A DNA stretch of 64,000 bases, from assembly GCA_003971905.1 (NCBI GenBank), contig RSEE01000054.1, positions 372,001 to 436,000 on the forward strand. Direction: 5' to 3'. Numbering within the stretch: the first letter of the stretch is position 1; each line of letters starts with the position of its first letter. Below, piece by piece: positions 50,214 to 63,687 of this stretch. Source of the stretch: Moniliella sp. 'wahieum' (Eukaryota). Made by a program: the position numbers and the translations under genes. A model generated the notes under the pieces. That model made no database searches, was not told where the DNA came from, and saw only the letters and a program-made list of their open reading frames with translations.

Positions 50214-52137
50214 TCAGTTCATTCCATCTTGCGGGCTCTCAACTATCTCGTTGTGTGGCGTCGCATTCTTCGACGTGCCTGCACCTCGGCCAACTGCGCT
50301 CCGTTCGGATCCGTCGCCCAGCACGTCATTGCGGCCATTGGCAATCAAAATCTCGTTCCATTCGTTGTCTTGCTCTGTCAAATCAATCTTGGTCGTATCG
50401 GGAACAACAGGCGGCATACCACGCCCACCGCACCAATCCGGCTGCCCAGAAAACGTGGCATTCTTGCCCCACCGGTGCTGGATCGGCGGAAGGATTGGGT
50501 GCCGATGGCCGCACCGGCCTTGGCAAGGCCGCTGCAAAGCCATAGTGCGTCCCACGCAACGCCGTGGGAACGAAGACGCAGCCACCAACCCGCACGCAGC
50601 AGAGCCAGGCCGAGTTGCCGACGAGGCCAACAGACCATACAACACCACCATCGCAGCTGGCGCATGCAGCAGCTTGTCCCATGCCGCCCCGATGATCACA
50701 CCTGTCCATCCAGCATTGATCAGTTACTCTCATCCTAACAGGAACCAACTGGGCGAGAAAGAAAGCAAAGGAAAAAACGAACCCAGAATGACGTAGCCGC
50801 CAAAGCCCAAGACGAGGAGCCGCTTGGTCCCAACATGGGCAGAGGACTGGGCCCAGGAAGGCACCGGGGAGAGAAAGTGCTCCGAGCAACAGCTGGTACT
50901 CTGCGGTCCTGCGCAGCGGCGGTTTGTGGAGGATAAGAGAGATGACCGTGCCAGAAAAGCCCGTTGGAAAAGCTGACAACTATGAAAGGAGGGGAACAAG
51001 CACAGAGGGTCAAACAGGAGGGTCGAGGCGTTGTGGGAGAGAGAGATAGGACCACACTCACAGTCGTACAGGAACCAGGACATGGCGATACCAAACAGAC
51101 GGGGCCAGTACTTCTTAAGTGCGAGCCAGTAGGGCACCTTGTGACGAATGGCATTCTTGCGATAGAGCTTCGAGTTGATCATGCGCCACCGGAAGTAAAA
51201 CACCGTCAGGGGCAGAAGAGCACCAATGCCAAAGCAGATGCGCCAGGTAATGTGCAAGCTTGCGCATATCGCTTGGCCATGAGGGACAGGCGTGTCGCCA
51301 TACCCGGTGGCGACAGAACGATGAGGAAAATCGAAGATGCCAGTGGCCGCCAAACGTGAGGACCACATTGGTGACCCAGATAAACACCGAGTCGCGCTTG
51401 GCCCGCGAAGAGCGTTCATCGGCCGCCTCGGAAGCGGAGACGGACGAGGCAGGGTACTCGCCTCCGACGCCAAACCCAATAGCCCCGCGCGTGATGACAA
51501 GCCACCAGAACAGGTTGTTGGGGTTGCCATGAATGGGCGAGGCGGCAGTGGAAAAAATAGCACCCAGGACGAGAATGACGGTAGTGATGACGATGGCTGA
51601 CTTGCGGCCCACGCGGTCGGTAATGACGCCGACGATCAGTTGACCAAGAATGGCACCCACAAGGAGCGCATTGCTCACGCGCGTGCTCATGGTCGATGTG
51701 TAGACGTTGGAGCCATACCGCTACTCGGGAAAAACCATCTTCCATCAGTATACAAGAGGAGCAACGCCAAGGCAGGGAGAGAGGGCGGGGCGTGGGTGCG
51801 TACCGTTCGAAGAGCACATTGCCAGGGTCATGCAGTTGTTCTGATAGCCGTCGCTAATGAGAGCAGCGCCAGCGGCCAGAACAGTAAAGAAGGAGCTGTA
51901 CTTGGCGATCCTGGCCTGCTTGGCCTCCTTGGCGGTCTGGATGGGATCTTGGTAGGGCAGGTTGGCGGCGGGGGACAACTCGCCTGAGGGAACTTCCTTC
52001 AGCGGCGACTTGATGCTGCTGCTCTGCCCGTCCGAGGACGAGACCTTGAGAAAGTCGGCTGGAGCGAGCATGTCGGGTGCAGGCGCAGGTGCTGGCGGGG
52101 GCCAGGACGGAGCGGTGGCCGTGGGGGGGGCGGCCAT
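50214..52137 (-). CDS. MFS glycerophosphodiester (GIT1-type) transporter
   Basis: AGAALISDGYQNN, RVSNALLVGAILGQ, TDRVGRK, RGAIGFGVGGEYPASSVSASEAADE, WRICFGIG, VPYWLALKKYWPRL, WFLYD. Several introns. Confidence 0.88.
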
Positions 52138-54177
52138 GGTGCTGTGTGGGAGAGGAATAAGGGGGGGGGAGGGGTGACGTGTGGGCGGGGTGCGGGGCGC
52201 GCGGGATGGGGCGGGAGGGGTTTTATGCAGATGGCTCCAGCACCAGGCGCGCAGCTGGAGGGGACGAAGGTGCGGGCGAGTGTAGTGGGGATGGGGGGAG
52301 AAAGGGCGCGGACAGACGGTGGGCGTGCATGGCGGGAGGCGAGCCTTCGTTGGCACAGATGTGATCACACTGTTCTGGAATCGTCCAAGTGCCGCAGCGC
52401 TGGGGATGGGAAGCAGCCGCGTGCAAATCCTGTCCCCAAGACACGCGCCACGCCGGCCGCAATAGCGACGGAGCACGGCGTGTGTGTTCCTGCGAGCGCT
52501 GTGCCTTCTCCGCAGCTGCCCAGTCATTAATCATTAACCCGCATGATCGGCTTAGTCCGGCTAAACGTTTAACGAGAATCGAGCTAATCGAGCTAATCTG
52601 TGATCAGTACGCGGGCACTGCCGGGCACTTCCCCGCCAGCCGCGCCCCCACACGCGCCGAGCCAGCAGCAAAAATGTCCGCCCCACAGCCGCCGTGCTGG
52701 GCGATGTTGTCCCCGACCCCGCACGCACACCACTGGCCCCGTGCGGCGAGGCGCGGACGCGGGGCAACTGCGAGCGCACCCTGGTACCTGCCTAGTCCCC
52801 ACTGCTCGTGTGTGTCACGCAGCGGGCGGTGATATCGTGATGCTGGGGGCCCCGCACCAGCGCACTGTCCTGCGCGCCGTATCGCCACGCCTGCCCAGGC
52901 GGCTGGGCCCAGGCTGGCCTGGCGCCAAGGCAGGCACCAGGCCAGTACCAGGACTAGTAACCTAGTAACCATGCCTGCCCGTCGGCCCGTCTCCGTGTGA
53001 GCAGCAGCAGTCGCACAGCACCGTCGCCACCCTCGTCCGCACACGAACGAAGCACCTAGCAAAAGGACAGTATATAGAAGGGCATTGCCCTGTATAGCGC
53101 CCGAGCCCAGAGCCTCCCAGTCCCTTCCCCCCACATCCATCCTCTAGAGAGCCGAGGATATATATGGCCCACCGGTTGGACCACATCCAATTGGGCCCAT
53201 CTCGGCGGCAACCGTGGCTTGATGGGTGTTGGTTATATTATGTGGGCACAGAAGCGCAAGTCGCCTAGCGCACACACAGGTGAAACTCGAGTAGACTCCG
53301 ATGGTTGCAACCGGGTGCCCAGGCACGCATTGGTAAGCATGTTGGCTGTTTCGTGTCCGCCCTTCTTTTTGTATCCAAGTTTACCTGGTATGTTTGGACA
53401 CCTATGCTTTCTCTGTATAGGTATGCCAAAAAGCCAACAGGTCCCGAGCACAATCAGGTACAAAACAGGATCCACGTGTCTGGGGTAACTAGTGTGGAGT
53501 CGCGTGAATCATTAAGAAGGATCGACTTGGCCGCGGGCCCTTTTCACCGTCTCTCGCCCTCGCTCCCTTAGCTTGTTTTGGGTTGAAACCTCCCCCACAA
53601 TGCATTTAGGAGAACTGTGTTGCAACCTGATTTTGTGCAACTGAGTGAGCGGCAGGTCTCCTGCCGCCTTCTCCCGAGTTGAAGCATATCGGTGTGAGAC
53701 ATATATAGAAACGTTGTATATGGAAGCAGCGCTGTAGGGTAGTCTCGCCCGTCGGCGGGGGCTCAACCCGCCCTTCCCCAGATGCCGGGGAAGCCTATTA
53801 GGTGGGTCACATGTCCGGTCATCAAAAGCTTTTATATACGTCTCTGCTGAGATGATGCGTGGCGGATATAACCGTCGGTTTTCGCACCATAACTTGCATC
53901 CAAACCCAGCTGGACACACATCCAGTAGCATATTATACGCCAGAGCAAGATGGTTCTGTCTATATCGCACTTCGGCTTCATTGAAAGAGACGAGATAAAA
54001 TGAATTTGACTTGGGTTTTTTTATCTGTTTTTTTGGTGGAGAGGGTGGATGGAAACATGGACGGGTGTGAGAGACAAGAGATGTTCAGGGATCATGGATC
54101 ATGGATCATAGAAGATATGATGAGGTTGAGAACAACCAATCCAGGGCGATGACTGAAAAGAGATGACGGACGCCCAT

Positions 54178-56055
54178 TCAGGGGCGAAAACATGACGGAT
54201 CCTGGAACCGAACCAAAACAAAGCGAGAGCGTCTGGCATCTCTCGGGGCGATTATATTCACCCTAGATGTGGCCAAGCCCCGACGGGTGCCCGCCAAGAA
54301 CGCCGCGCTCACCGCGGCCGAGCCCGGGTTGAGCATGTTGGCCATGCCCAGCACATTCATCTCGTTAAATGCACCCTGCAGAACGGCGGCGGCAGCAATG
54401 GACGGGAGAGCGGCTGTGCCAAACTGCGCTGCCGCATTCGCCGCAATGGCCTGCGTCACGCTCGACTGGGCCGCCGCCGTAATCATGGCCTGAACACGAG
54501 CCTGCGTCAGGGCAATGGACTGGGCAGCTTGGATGCCCGACCGCGAGATGAGGTCCTGAGCAAGCATCTGCTTCCGAATGGCCGCAGTGACAATGGAGCG
54601 GAGGTAGGGTGCAGTGGAAGCTTGCTCAATCGCCTCCTCCACCAACGAGCCGGTTACACCCACTGCCGCCGCCTTCTGCAGGGCCGACGCAATGGCGATC
54701 TGCTTGTTCGTCTCGACCAACGAAGACAGGCACGACTGGAGAATAGCCGAATAGGCCGCGGCCTTGATTTGTTTCGCCTCCTCATACGCGGCACCCTGCA
54801 TCCTGGCAAACTCGAGAGCATTGGCCACTGCCGAACGGGTAAGAATCGACTCCTTAGCCGCCAGCATATAAGGCGCCACACTGGTGCCCGCTTCGAGCAT
54901 GCCAGCCTGAACAAGACTGTCGGTGAGCAAGCTCTGGGTGGAGCGCGAAGAAGCCACATCACGAAGAGCCGCCAACACCTCGGCCGACGAGGCCGTCGCC
55001 GCCTCTTCGGCCAACAGTGACGGGGCAATGATGCCATTAGCCAACCCATTCATCGCAGCCCACTGTAGCACGGCAAAATGCGCGTCAGTACATATACCCC
55101 TCACAACTGAGTCCCAACCTGATTTCCATGGCGCTGTCATCCGAAAATTAACGTACCTTCACCATCCCATTCGTAGGGCAGGCGCCCATCATCATCATTC
55201 GGCTCGCCATCACGTCCTTGGCCGCGGCCTGGTCCGCGATAGCCGACTTGATCATCGCCGCCTCGACCGCCTGGTCTTCGGCGATTTTCGACTTGAACAT
55301 CGCCTCGTCGATCGCCTGGGTTGCCATGGCCGACTTTTTCATCTCAGCCCACTGCGCTGCACCTTGCGCCCGCACGGCCGAGTCGAGCGTCGTGCGCCAC
55401 GCCTCGTCGGCCAGGGTGGCCGAAGCGGCAGACAAGTAGGGCTGGTTGAACCAATTGACCGACTCGGCCGCCGCCATCTCGCCGGCAGCAGCCGTGGTCA
55501 TCATAGCGGCTGACGAGAGCGGCGCAACGTGCAGGAACGGTGTCCACTGGGCAGCAGCGCGCTTCTTGGCCTCGGCCGTGGCAAGCCGTGCGGCCAGAAT
55601 CTCAGCATGCGGCAAAGGCAAGGCGGAGCCATTGTAGATCATGTCAATCTCATTGGCCCAATGGCCGGCATGTCGGCCAAGACCTTGTGGTAGACCGTGT
55701 CCATCGCATCAATCGGTCCGTCAAGGGAGAGGATCGACGAGCTGATGCGGCTCGCGTCCAGGCCCATCTTGGATGCCAGCGCCATGTTGGCCTCGAGAAT
55801 GTCGAGCGAGGGAGCAACGAGGTGCACGTTGGCGCCTTGCTGCAGCAGCTTCATGGCCATCGACGCACCCTGGCGGTTGTCACCAGTAAAGAACATGATC
55901 CGCGCGCCGGCCACGGTGGGGTCGGCCATCATGGACGAAGACAGAATCCCAGGGGGGGGACCAAACGCAGCAGACGCCGCGAGAGAACGACGGATTGCCA
56001 ACGTGTCAGGCACAACGTGGCCGGGAAAGAGTTGGAGGCTGGTGGGGAAGGACAT
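54178..56055 (-). CDS. Orphan protein: degenerate N-terminal half-SDR Rossmann fold plus ~400 aa Ala/Met-rich helical region
   Basis: Start AACATG at 56055. IMFFTGDNRQGASMAMKLLQQGANVHLVAPS and EIDMIYNGS. One frameshift near 55660. Intron 55063-55156 (GTACGT..TACTGAC..CAG). Stop at 54178, or about 54263 if frameshifted. Confidence 0.7.
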
Positions 56056-56188
56056 GTTGGACAAACAAGTGCTTGGGGGCAAGGGAAGTGGGAGTAGTGG
56101 GGAGCGAGAGGTAGTAGATGTGGGGAAGTGCGGGAAGGCAGAAGGGGGTGTGGTGAAGAAGAGAAACCCAGGGGGGTCGTCCGCTGGG

Positions 56189-56196
56189 TTTATATA
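56189..56196 (-). promoter_or_regulatory. TATA box of the orphan half-SDR gene
   Basis: TATATAAA on the minus strand about 134 bp upstream of the ATG, followed by a pyrimidine-rich leader. Confidence 0.6.
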
Positions 56197-56737
56197 CGGT
56201 CGTAGCTCCGCTTCACAGCTATTAGAAGAAAATACTGCACCACACTGGAAACACGTCCGTGCGCCTTTGCTGATGCAATGGACCGCCGCTGCACCACCAA
56301 AAGTGTATATTTTCGGATGATCTGTGCTCGTTTGTACGCCCTGCGCAAAGGCCCCAACCCCACCACCTCTCGAAGCTCTGATTTGACCGACAAGTGTCGT
56401 ATGACACCTCCCGTCCTACTGGCCCTGCGCCTCCGCTCGACTTTCAGCCTTGCTCCGCCCGTCGCCTACTAGACGACGCGCTAAAACCTGTGCGCACAGG
56501 CAATCGTCCTAAGTAGCCGACGAGGTGGGACGCACGGGCGCTAGGGGTGGTTCGTTCCTCAGTTGCCGCCTCAATGACCGACTACTTTCCCGCGGTGCCA
56601 CCCACCTTATTACCTTACCACCCGGCCACCTGACCACCCCACCACCCCACCACATCCCACCTCCACCGACTCCCTACGGAGACACGAAGCGAGAATGAAT
56701 GGCTTAATTAAGCGCATGGTATACTAGCAGACTAACG

Positions 56738-59700
56738 CTACTCAGTAGGCTGCTGCCGTGGCAGTGAGCGGGGCCATCCGGGGATGCAGGCCAATGCGCC
56801 GCCCTCCTGCCCGGAACAGCAGAAGGCGCTACGGACGGACAGGTCAGGAGCCTCTCCTGGATAGCTTCGATTTTGGCGGCAAAACGGGCTTCGAGAGTGC
56901 TGACGCTCGGTCCAGCATTTGGTGGGCACAGAGGACGCTGCGCTCCAGCGCTTAAGCCGGACCAAGGTTGTAGGAATCGCCTCCGCTTCGCTAGGCGACA
57001 CATGGGAAGCATGTTGGGGCGCGACTGGCTTGTCGGTACCTTCTCTCTCATCCGCTGGGTCCGAGCCCTTCTCGTCCGCAACCGGGCCAGCTCCCGAGGT
57101 GACCGACTGCCGCGCGAATGACGGTGGCCATGGCTCTGTGCGTGCGGTGCGAGCGAGGCGGCTTAAAGGTAGAGCAGGTAATGTCAAGCATCCGTGGCGT
57201 GGCAGCAAATTCGAGCGCTTGCTTCCGCACCATCTTGGCTTGGTACAAGAGTGATGGCAGATCCAACTCTCCCTCGGCCTTTTCCAAGGGCAGAAGCGTT
57301 GCCACCCTTCCCTCCTCGTCCTGTTCGGCCTTCTGCACCTCGCCCTCTTCAACCAAAGGCAACAGTGGGAGGCTGAACAAGGCGCTGCGCAGGTCGGCAC
57401 TCTTGAGGTAGGCGTTCTCATTGACGACGTGCTGCAGCGGCGCGGAGCGACCGTACCCGGTCCAAAAGGTAGGAGGTCTCGACGTCAATGGAAGAGTAGG
57501 TGAACTCGGTGTGTGTTTGGTTGTCTCCCTCTCGCACACCATCTGGGTTGTCGGCGTTGTTTGCAGTTGCAGCAATAGTGGCCTGTTTGCGTGCGATAGC
57601 CAAGTTTTTCTCCAGATCGTCAATCTCGGCTGGAGTGCGTCGTTGGCTTCTTGGTAAGTCTGGCTCTGTTTGAGCGTTTCTGCTAGTTCATGCTTCACAG
57701 CAACTATCTGGTCGGCCTGCTCGCTGGCCTTGAGCTGCCGGTTTAATCGCTCCACCCTAATTCCATCTTCTTGCAATCGCTCATCGCGCCACTTGAGCTC
57801 GCGGTACAAGTCGCGAATTTCATCTGTCAGCTTGGCCACCGTTCGTTCTGCTTCAACGTTACGCATCGACTCGATCTTGACCTGCTCCACTCGGGCAAGC
57901 CATGGCTCGGCGCCCACGACTGAAGATGCGTTGGTCAGTGTCGTGGGAAAAAGGAAACAGAGGGGAAATAGAAGCACGCACATTGCACAATGTTATCAGG
58001 TTCCTTGGCCACAATAAGCAAGAAGAGACAGTCGCCACCATAGACGTTGTGGACTCGAGGGGTTTGGCCAGGGCTCTGCGTCAAAGACATTGAACCCTTC
58101 CTTGGTTGCATCCAGAACCTGTTTGAGAAAGTTGGAAAGCAGGCACGGCATCTTGGACATCTTGACCTCGTGGGCATAGGCCGCGGCAGAACGCGCCAAC
58201 GCTGCAGCAAACTCTACCAGCTCCGAGCTGGTCTGGGTGAGAGTGGGCAAAGTGGATGATACAGCGTCCATGCGGAGGGCCTCAGTGTTGGCGTGCAACC
58301 CCTCAAGGTGGCGGAGGAACTTATGTGAGGTAACCTTGGCCGCTTGAGCTTGTCCACCAGTTCGTCCAGTGGCCCAAACATCGACCTGTCAACACTCTTA
58401 CCCCCACCACCGAGCTCCCACTCGACCGAGCCATCGACATGGAGCGCAGCGATGACTTGCCGGGTAAAGGTCAGGGCGGCAAATAGGGTGTCAAGGTCGT
58501 GTTCAAAGAGCGAAACACTGCCCACCTCCTTGGCCCAAAGGTCAGGCTCGGCATCGAGTTCGATTGCCATCCCGTCCGCAATGACGCCTTCTTGGTCGGC
58601 ACCTGCAAGTGCCTCAGCAAAGTCCTCCAGCTGAGCGATGAAGCGTAGCAGGTCCGATACGCACTCGGACTCCTTGAGTTCCTCTTTGCGTAGTGCTTCG
58701 ATATACATATCCATCCTCCGCTCCACGGAGGCAAGCTCCTTGTACATCCGCACGACGGATAAAGGCAGACGTGCTGCCATGGCCAGCAATAGCTGAAATC
58801 TGCCGCGAGACGGCAGTAACGTGGGCAAGATGGCGCCGCATTTGACAAATAGAAATGAGCTTCTCGTTGGGTGTTGGTGAATCCGCGACCGTGATCTCGG
58901 AGTGTTCCAGTTGACGGGGAATGTCGTAGTGAATCTCAATTACATGTTTGATGATGTCCGCCTTCTGGTGAATGCGTTCAAAGAACAGCAAGGCGTTGAC
59001 TGCATCCGCATCTTCACGGAAAAAAGCAGCTGGGAGGTAGGGACGCGTGACATCAATGTGCATCTGGGCCTGCTGGGCAGCTAGCTTGCCCAACTCGAGC
59101 TCGATGGTCTTGGCTTGAGACTTGAGAATGGACGTTTGAAGCTTCATGTTAAGGTTGAGCATGGCCTGGGTCTGGTTGGCGAGTTTGCCATTCCCACTGA
59201 CCGTTGTGAGTGCACTTGCATCGGCTCCCTCCGAATCCGATAGCCACTTTGCCTTCTCCTCCTGTAATCGCTCTAGCTCAGACTGAAGTTGGATGGTCAC
59301 CTCGCGGAACTGAGTAAAGATCACTTGGTCTTCTGCCACATTAGCTTGAAGCGTCTCGTTGCGGTGGTGCTGCTCTGCAAGCTGGATCGCCTTGAGATCA
59401 ATCTCCTCTTGAAGTTGCTTCTCTCGTCTCGATATGGGTCTCCTCGAGCTCATCGTTGAGCTCCCTGAGGGCATCGAGATCCTTGATCACAGCCTTCATC
59501 TCCTCCACCTTCTCGTTGAGAAAAGATTGCGTTCCGTCAGTTCTTCCAACATCTCCTCAGCATTAAGCGCATCATCCAGCTGCGCTTTGAGTTCTTCGAT
59601 CAACGTCTCTGCACTCTCCAAACGCTCTGAGGTCTGCTCGTACTGAGTTTGGATGTTGACAAGTTGGGCAAGCTCCTTGTCCATCTCAGCAATCTTGCGC

Positions 59701-61638
59701 TGTTGCCAGCTCAACCTCGTTGGTGATATCACGGAAACGAATGAGGGCTTCCTTGAGCTTCTCGTTCTGCCGCTCCAATTGGGCGATGGTAGCTGCTGCG
59801 CGCATGTCGGTAGCGCTTGGGGTCCATCCCTGTTACCCTCTAACCAGTTGGGGAGAAAGAACCGTGGTCTTGGATGCGATCAAGTGCATCCTGCTGCTGC
59901 TCCTGCACACCTCGAGATCAATTTGGAGCTCATCGGCACGGAGTTTTCTTGCTCTAGCTGCTCTTGAAGCAGCTCTACTTGTTCTTCCGCCACTTCCTTA
60001 TCAAGCGTAGACATCTCCAGCTGCTCGCTCAAATCTTGAATTTGGAGCTCCATCTGGTTACGCTGGCTCAACCATTCCTTTCCATCTTCTCGTAGTTGCG
60101 CACATCTTGCTCCAGGTCTTGCATTCGCTCTGCTATCTTTCCTTTTTGCGACAGGAACTTGGCTGCATCCTCCTTGTATTGCTCCAGCTCCCGCAGACGA
60201 TCACGATCCTCCTTCTGTCGCTCGAGCACTGTTACCTTTTGTATAAGTCGGTCACTTCGTGTGACGAGAGAACGTCTTTGACAGGCGAGGCTGCCATGCG
60301 TCTGTTGCGGAAAAGGACGCAGACACTCCGCCAAAGCGCGCCGAAGGCGACTCATCATTCAGTTCCACCAGCGCATCCTCCTCATCTTCCTCTGACTCAG
60401 CAGAGAGCCCAGTCAAGAACTCAGACCTTCCCCCCCACGATCCCGCTCGCTAGGATCAAACTCGGTCGAACGCGGTAAGACCAAGTCGTCTGAGCCCTCG
60501 TCGGGCGGGTCGCTGCGCTGGCCAAACTGAACTTGACGGTCGCCGAAGCCAGAAGTCCGAGCACGGGTCGATGGGGCGGAGATCGGTTGACGAGCAGGAC
60601 GATCCGAAGGAATACGAAGCGGGTTGGTGCGGGGAGCCAAAGCGGAAGAGGAGGTGGTGGCCGCCGGCCCGGCGCGGCGCGTGGCAGGCGTGGTCATGGC
60701 AGCCCCAGATCTACGAGCTAGGGCCGTTGCAGGGGTCGTTGCGGGGTCGTTGCAGGGGTCGATGCAGGGGTTGTTGCTGTGGCCGTCGCACGCGTACGGA
60801 CAGGTGCGGAAATGCAGGAGCAGGGCGAGTAGTAGTGGTAGGTCGGCGGGTCCCTGGACGGGTCGCCATCGAGGGACGGGCAGCAGGAGTGACGGCTGCG
60901 GTGGATGAGGCGCGAGAGGCTGCGGGAGAAGGAGATGGGCGAGCTGAGGATCGTGGCGTGACGATGGACGCAACCGGTCCGGCACCGTGCTAGCGCCCAT
61001 AGTCTCTCGTTTCAACGGAGAACCACGCGAGGACGGAGGTGTAGGTCGTGTCGAGACCGGGCGGCTCGCGATAGCGGAAGAACGTGTCCTAGGTTGGGAG
61101 ATGCGGCAGCACCGATAGCAGAAGGGGATGAAGAAGTAGGGTAGCAGTCCTTACTCGGGGTAGCCGACGGGTTCGGCGTGTTGCCTGTGTGCAGCAAATG
61201 GTTTCATGTCAGAAGAGCCCTGCCACCAGGCCATGAGGAAGGCAGGACGTACAGTCGCTGTTCGCGCAGACACCGATGGCCGAGGGCTCCTGGCAGCAAC
61301 AGTAGGTGGCGTACCGGAGGCACTTTTGCGTGCCGGAGAGGCTTATCAGGGTCGCTGGGGATGACGGACAACTCGTCGTCGGCACGCTTGATGATGCTAG
61401 CGCTGGTGGGAGAGCATGTACCTGGGTGGGGCGGACAAATACACCATGGTTTGGTGGGCAATCCTGGATGTACACCTGTCCCTGCACCGATCCGTCGTTC
61501 TTTCCGTTGGGAAGGTCGAGCACAACGCCGACCCACTGCCCCGGAGCAAAACGGGGCTGGCCAAGATACATAATCTTGCCCACCCCCGCTGACCTCGACG
61601 CGCTGCCCGACCCACAGCTGGGGCGCATTGGCGCTCAT
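56738..61638 (-). CDS. Dynactin p150Glued subunit (DCTN1/Nip100 type)
   Basis: CAP-Gly domain GQPRFAPGQWVGVVLDLPNGKNDGSVQG...GVFVRPTQV; basic Ser/Pro region; EQLEMSTLDKEVAEE, LKAQLDDALNAEEMLEELTERNL, QAKTIELELGKL, PYLP. 3' end approximate. Confidence 0.92.
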
Positions 61639-62089
61639 TGTGGAGACTGCTCTCGGGTACCGAAATGGCAACAGAAACGGAATGGATAGGAACAGGGGCA
61701 GGGGCGATGGCAAGAGACAAGAAGTGGTGGTGGTGGTGATGCTGGTGGTGGTCATGGCGTGAGCAAAGCAGCAAGAGATGAGTGAGACCCCGCAATAAGG
61801 ACGCCCTCCCATCCCGCAGGGAGGGCGTTGGACGTTGGTACGAGGCAGACAAACCCTACGTACACCCTACCCTAGCGCCCCACGCTCAGCCTGAGCGCTC
61901 ACGCTCCTATCCGACCTACCCAGCCTACCCCCGTTGTTCCCCATGGCCTCATCTATCCGATCGATCATCATCAACCTCCTTGGCCATCCCGACTGGTCTC
62001 CTTCCGGCTGCACTCGCGCCTATCTCCCGAAGCCTTAGATGCCCCCAACCATCGATTCGTAGTGCAGGATACCAGCAGGACCAGGCACC

Positions 62090-63379
62090 TTATGCGTCCA
62101 TCCTGCCCACTCAAACGTCAGTTCCCCTTTCATCCGGCGCAAAAAAACGGTCCACGTACTCATTCACACACTCCCACTCCCCCTTCAGGTTCTCCTTCCA
62201 CAGCGTAATTTTGCCGTCGCCACACGACGGCCAATACGTTGCCCGATGGACCAGGATACCTTCCAGACCGTGTCGGGGAACTTCCCTTGTCCATCGGAAG
62301 AAGGGTCCAGGGTGACTTTGGACCACTCGGACGACATTGCCTCTTGCGTCCAGATGAGCACGGTACGGTCCTGCGATGCGGTCGCCAGCTGTGTCCGGGG
62401 CAAGCCTTGACCGGGAGCAAAGGCCACATCACGCACCCAATCCGTATGTCCAGCAAGTGGGACGGCCTCCTCAACCCACCGGTTCTGCTCCTCGCTAAAC
62501 TCCCACAGCTTGACCACATTGTCGCATCCGGCACTCGCAAACCTCCGCACGGGGGGCAGCGCCTGCGCCGCATCCTTGCCCACGCCAAGATGAGGGTTAA
62601 CCAGGCTGCCGGGAACCACGGCCGGCGCCCCACGAGACGGCATTGGAGCCAATCGGATGGGCAGTGACCATGTCCACTGCCCAAGTGCCATTGACTATCG
62701 GTCAAGGAAACATGTCAGTTTACTAACCTCGACATAAAATGAGAACAGGTCACGCACAATTGAACGTCAATACCGACACGTTACCATCGGACGAGGCACA
62801 GGCCAGTACAGCGCCCAGTTCAGGCGGGGCCCAAGCCAGCGAGTTGACCGAGGCCGAATGCATGGCATGCTCCTTGATCTTTTGCCACGACCCAGTCGGT
62901 TGCTGGAGGTGTCGCCCGCCCCGTGCCGGCGCGGCAGCGGAGCCTCCTCGTACTTCCAAATCAAGACCTTGCCATCGTACGACGCGCTAGCCAAAATCGA
63001 GCCGAATTTGGGGTGGGCCCATGCGACCTGCCACACCGGCCCCTCGTGGCCGGTCAGAGACACACCTGGACCAGTCGCCGCGCCGTCCACAACATCAAAA
63101 ATCTTGACACTCCGGTCTGAACTGCAAGTAGCCAATCGGCGCCCGTAAAAGTCGAGCTGGGCATCGTGTGAACAGAATCGCTCTCGTCAGTTCCGCTCCT
63201 CAACACAGAGGGGTGCAGGCCACGTACAATCATATCCTCATGGTGAGTTTCAATGGTTTGGGCTCCGAACGGGCGGGGCAACGGGAGGGGCAGCAAGAGC
63301 CTGTGAAGTAGCAAATAAGTGGTCAGAAAAGGCGGTCAGACAAGGGTTTCGAGCGGCGGGGCCAGTTGGAGCATACCAT
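62090..63379 (-). CDS. SEC13: COPII/nucleoporin WD40 protein Sec13
   Basis: [110 protein letters not shown]-intron start, and a last intron before MDA*. Confidence 0.97.
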
Positions 63380-63600
63380 CGTTGGTGAGAAATAGCGTGG
63401 TGGTGGTAGAGGCTGAGAAGACGGCAGCGAGCACATGGACGTGGCGCCGGCGAGCTGGCCACGTTGCTCCAACGAACAGATTGACTGGCCTTGTGCGGCT
63501 GGGGTTATGTAATACAGGAAACGTTCAATTTTCCAGTGGCAGGTGCCTTCCACGTGTGTCATCATCGATCATGGATCATAGAGATCATCCGTTAGCCGGG

Positions 63601-63687
63601 TCATGCGTCACGCGTCACACTCATCATGCACCATGCGATGAGCCAGAAGGATGGCATGATCATCGATCATGCATCATGCATCATGCG
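63601..63687. repeat. TCA + 4-bp palindrome heptamer arrays upstream of SEC13
   Basis: TCA TGCG TCA CGCG TCA at 63601-63617; TCA TCGA TCA TGCA TCA TGCA TCA TGCG at 63660-63687. Confidence 0.85.

Noticed and set aside
1651..63379. Frameshifts in nearly every gene, read as mass pseudogenisation or programmed frameshifting
   Set aside because: They affect essential genes (RPL19, RPS27, SEC13, RCC1) alike, are mostly single-base indels, and leave conserved motifs intact. This is typical of unpolished long-read consensus.
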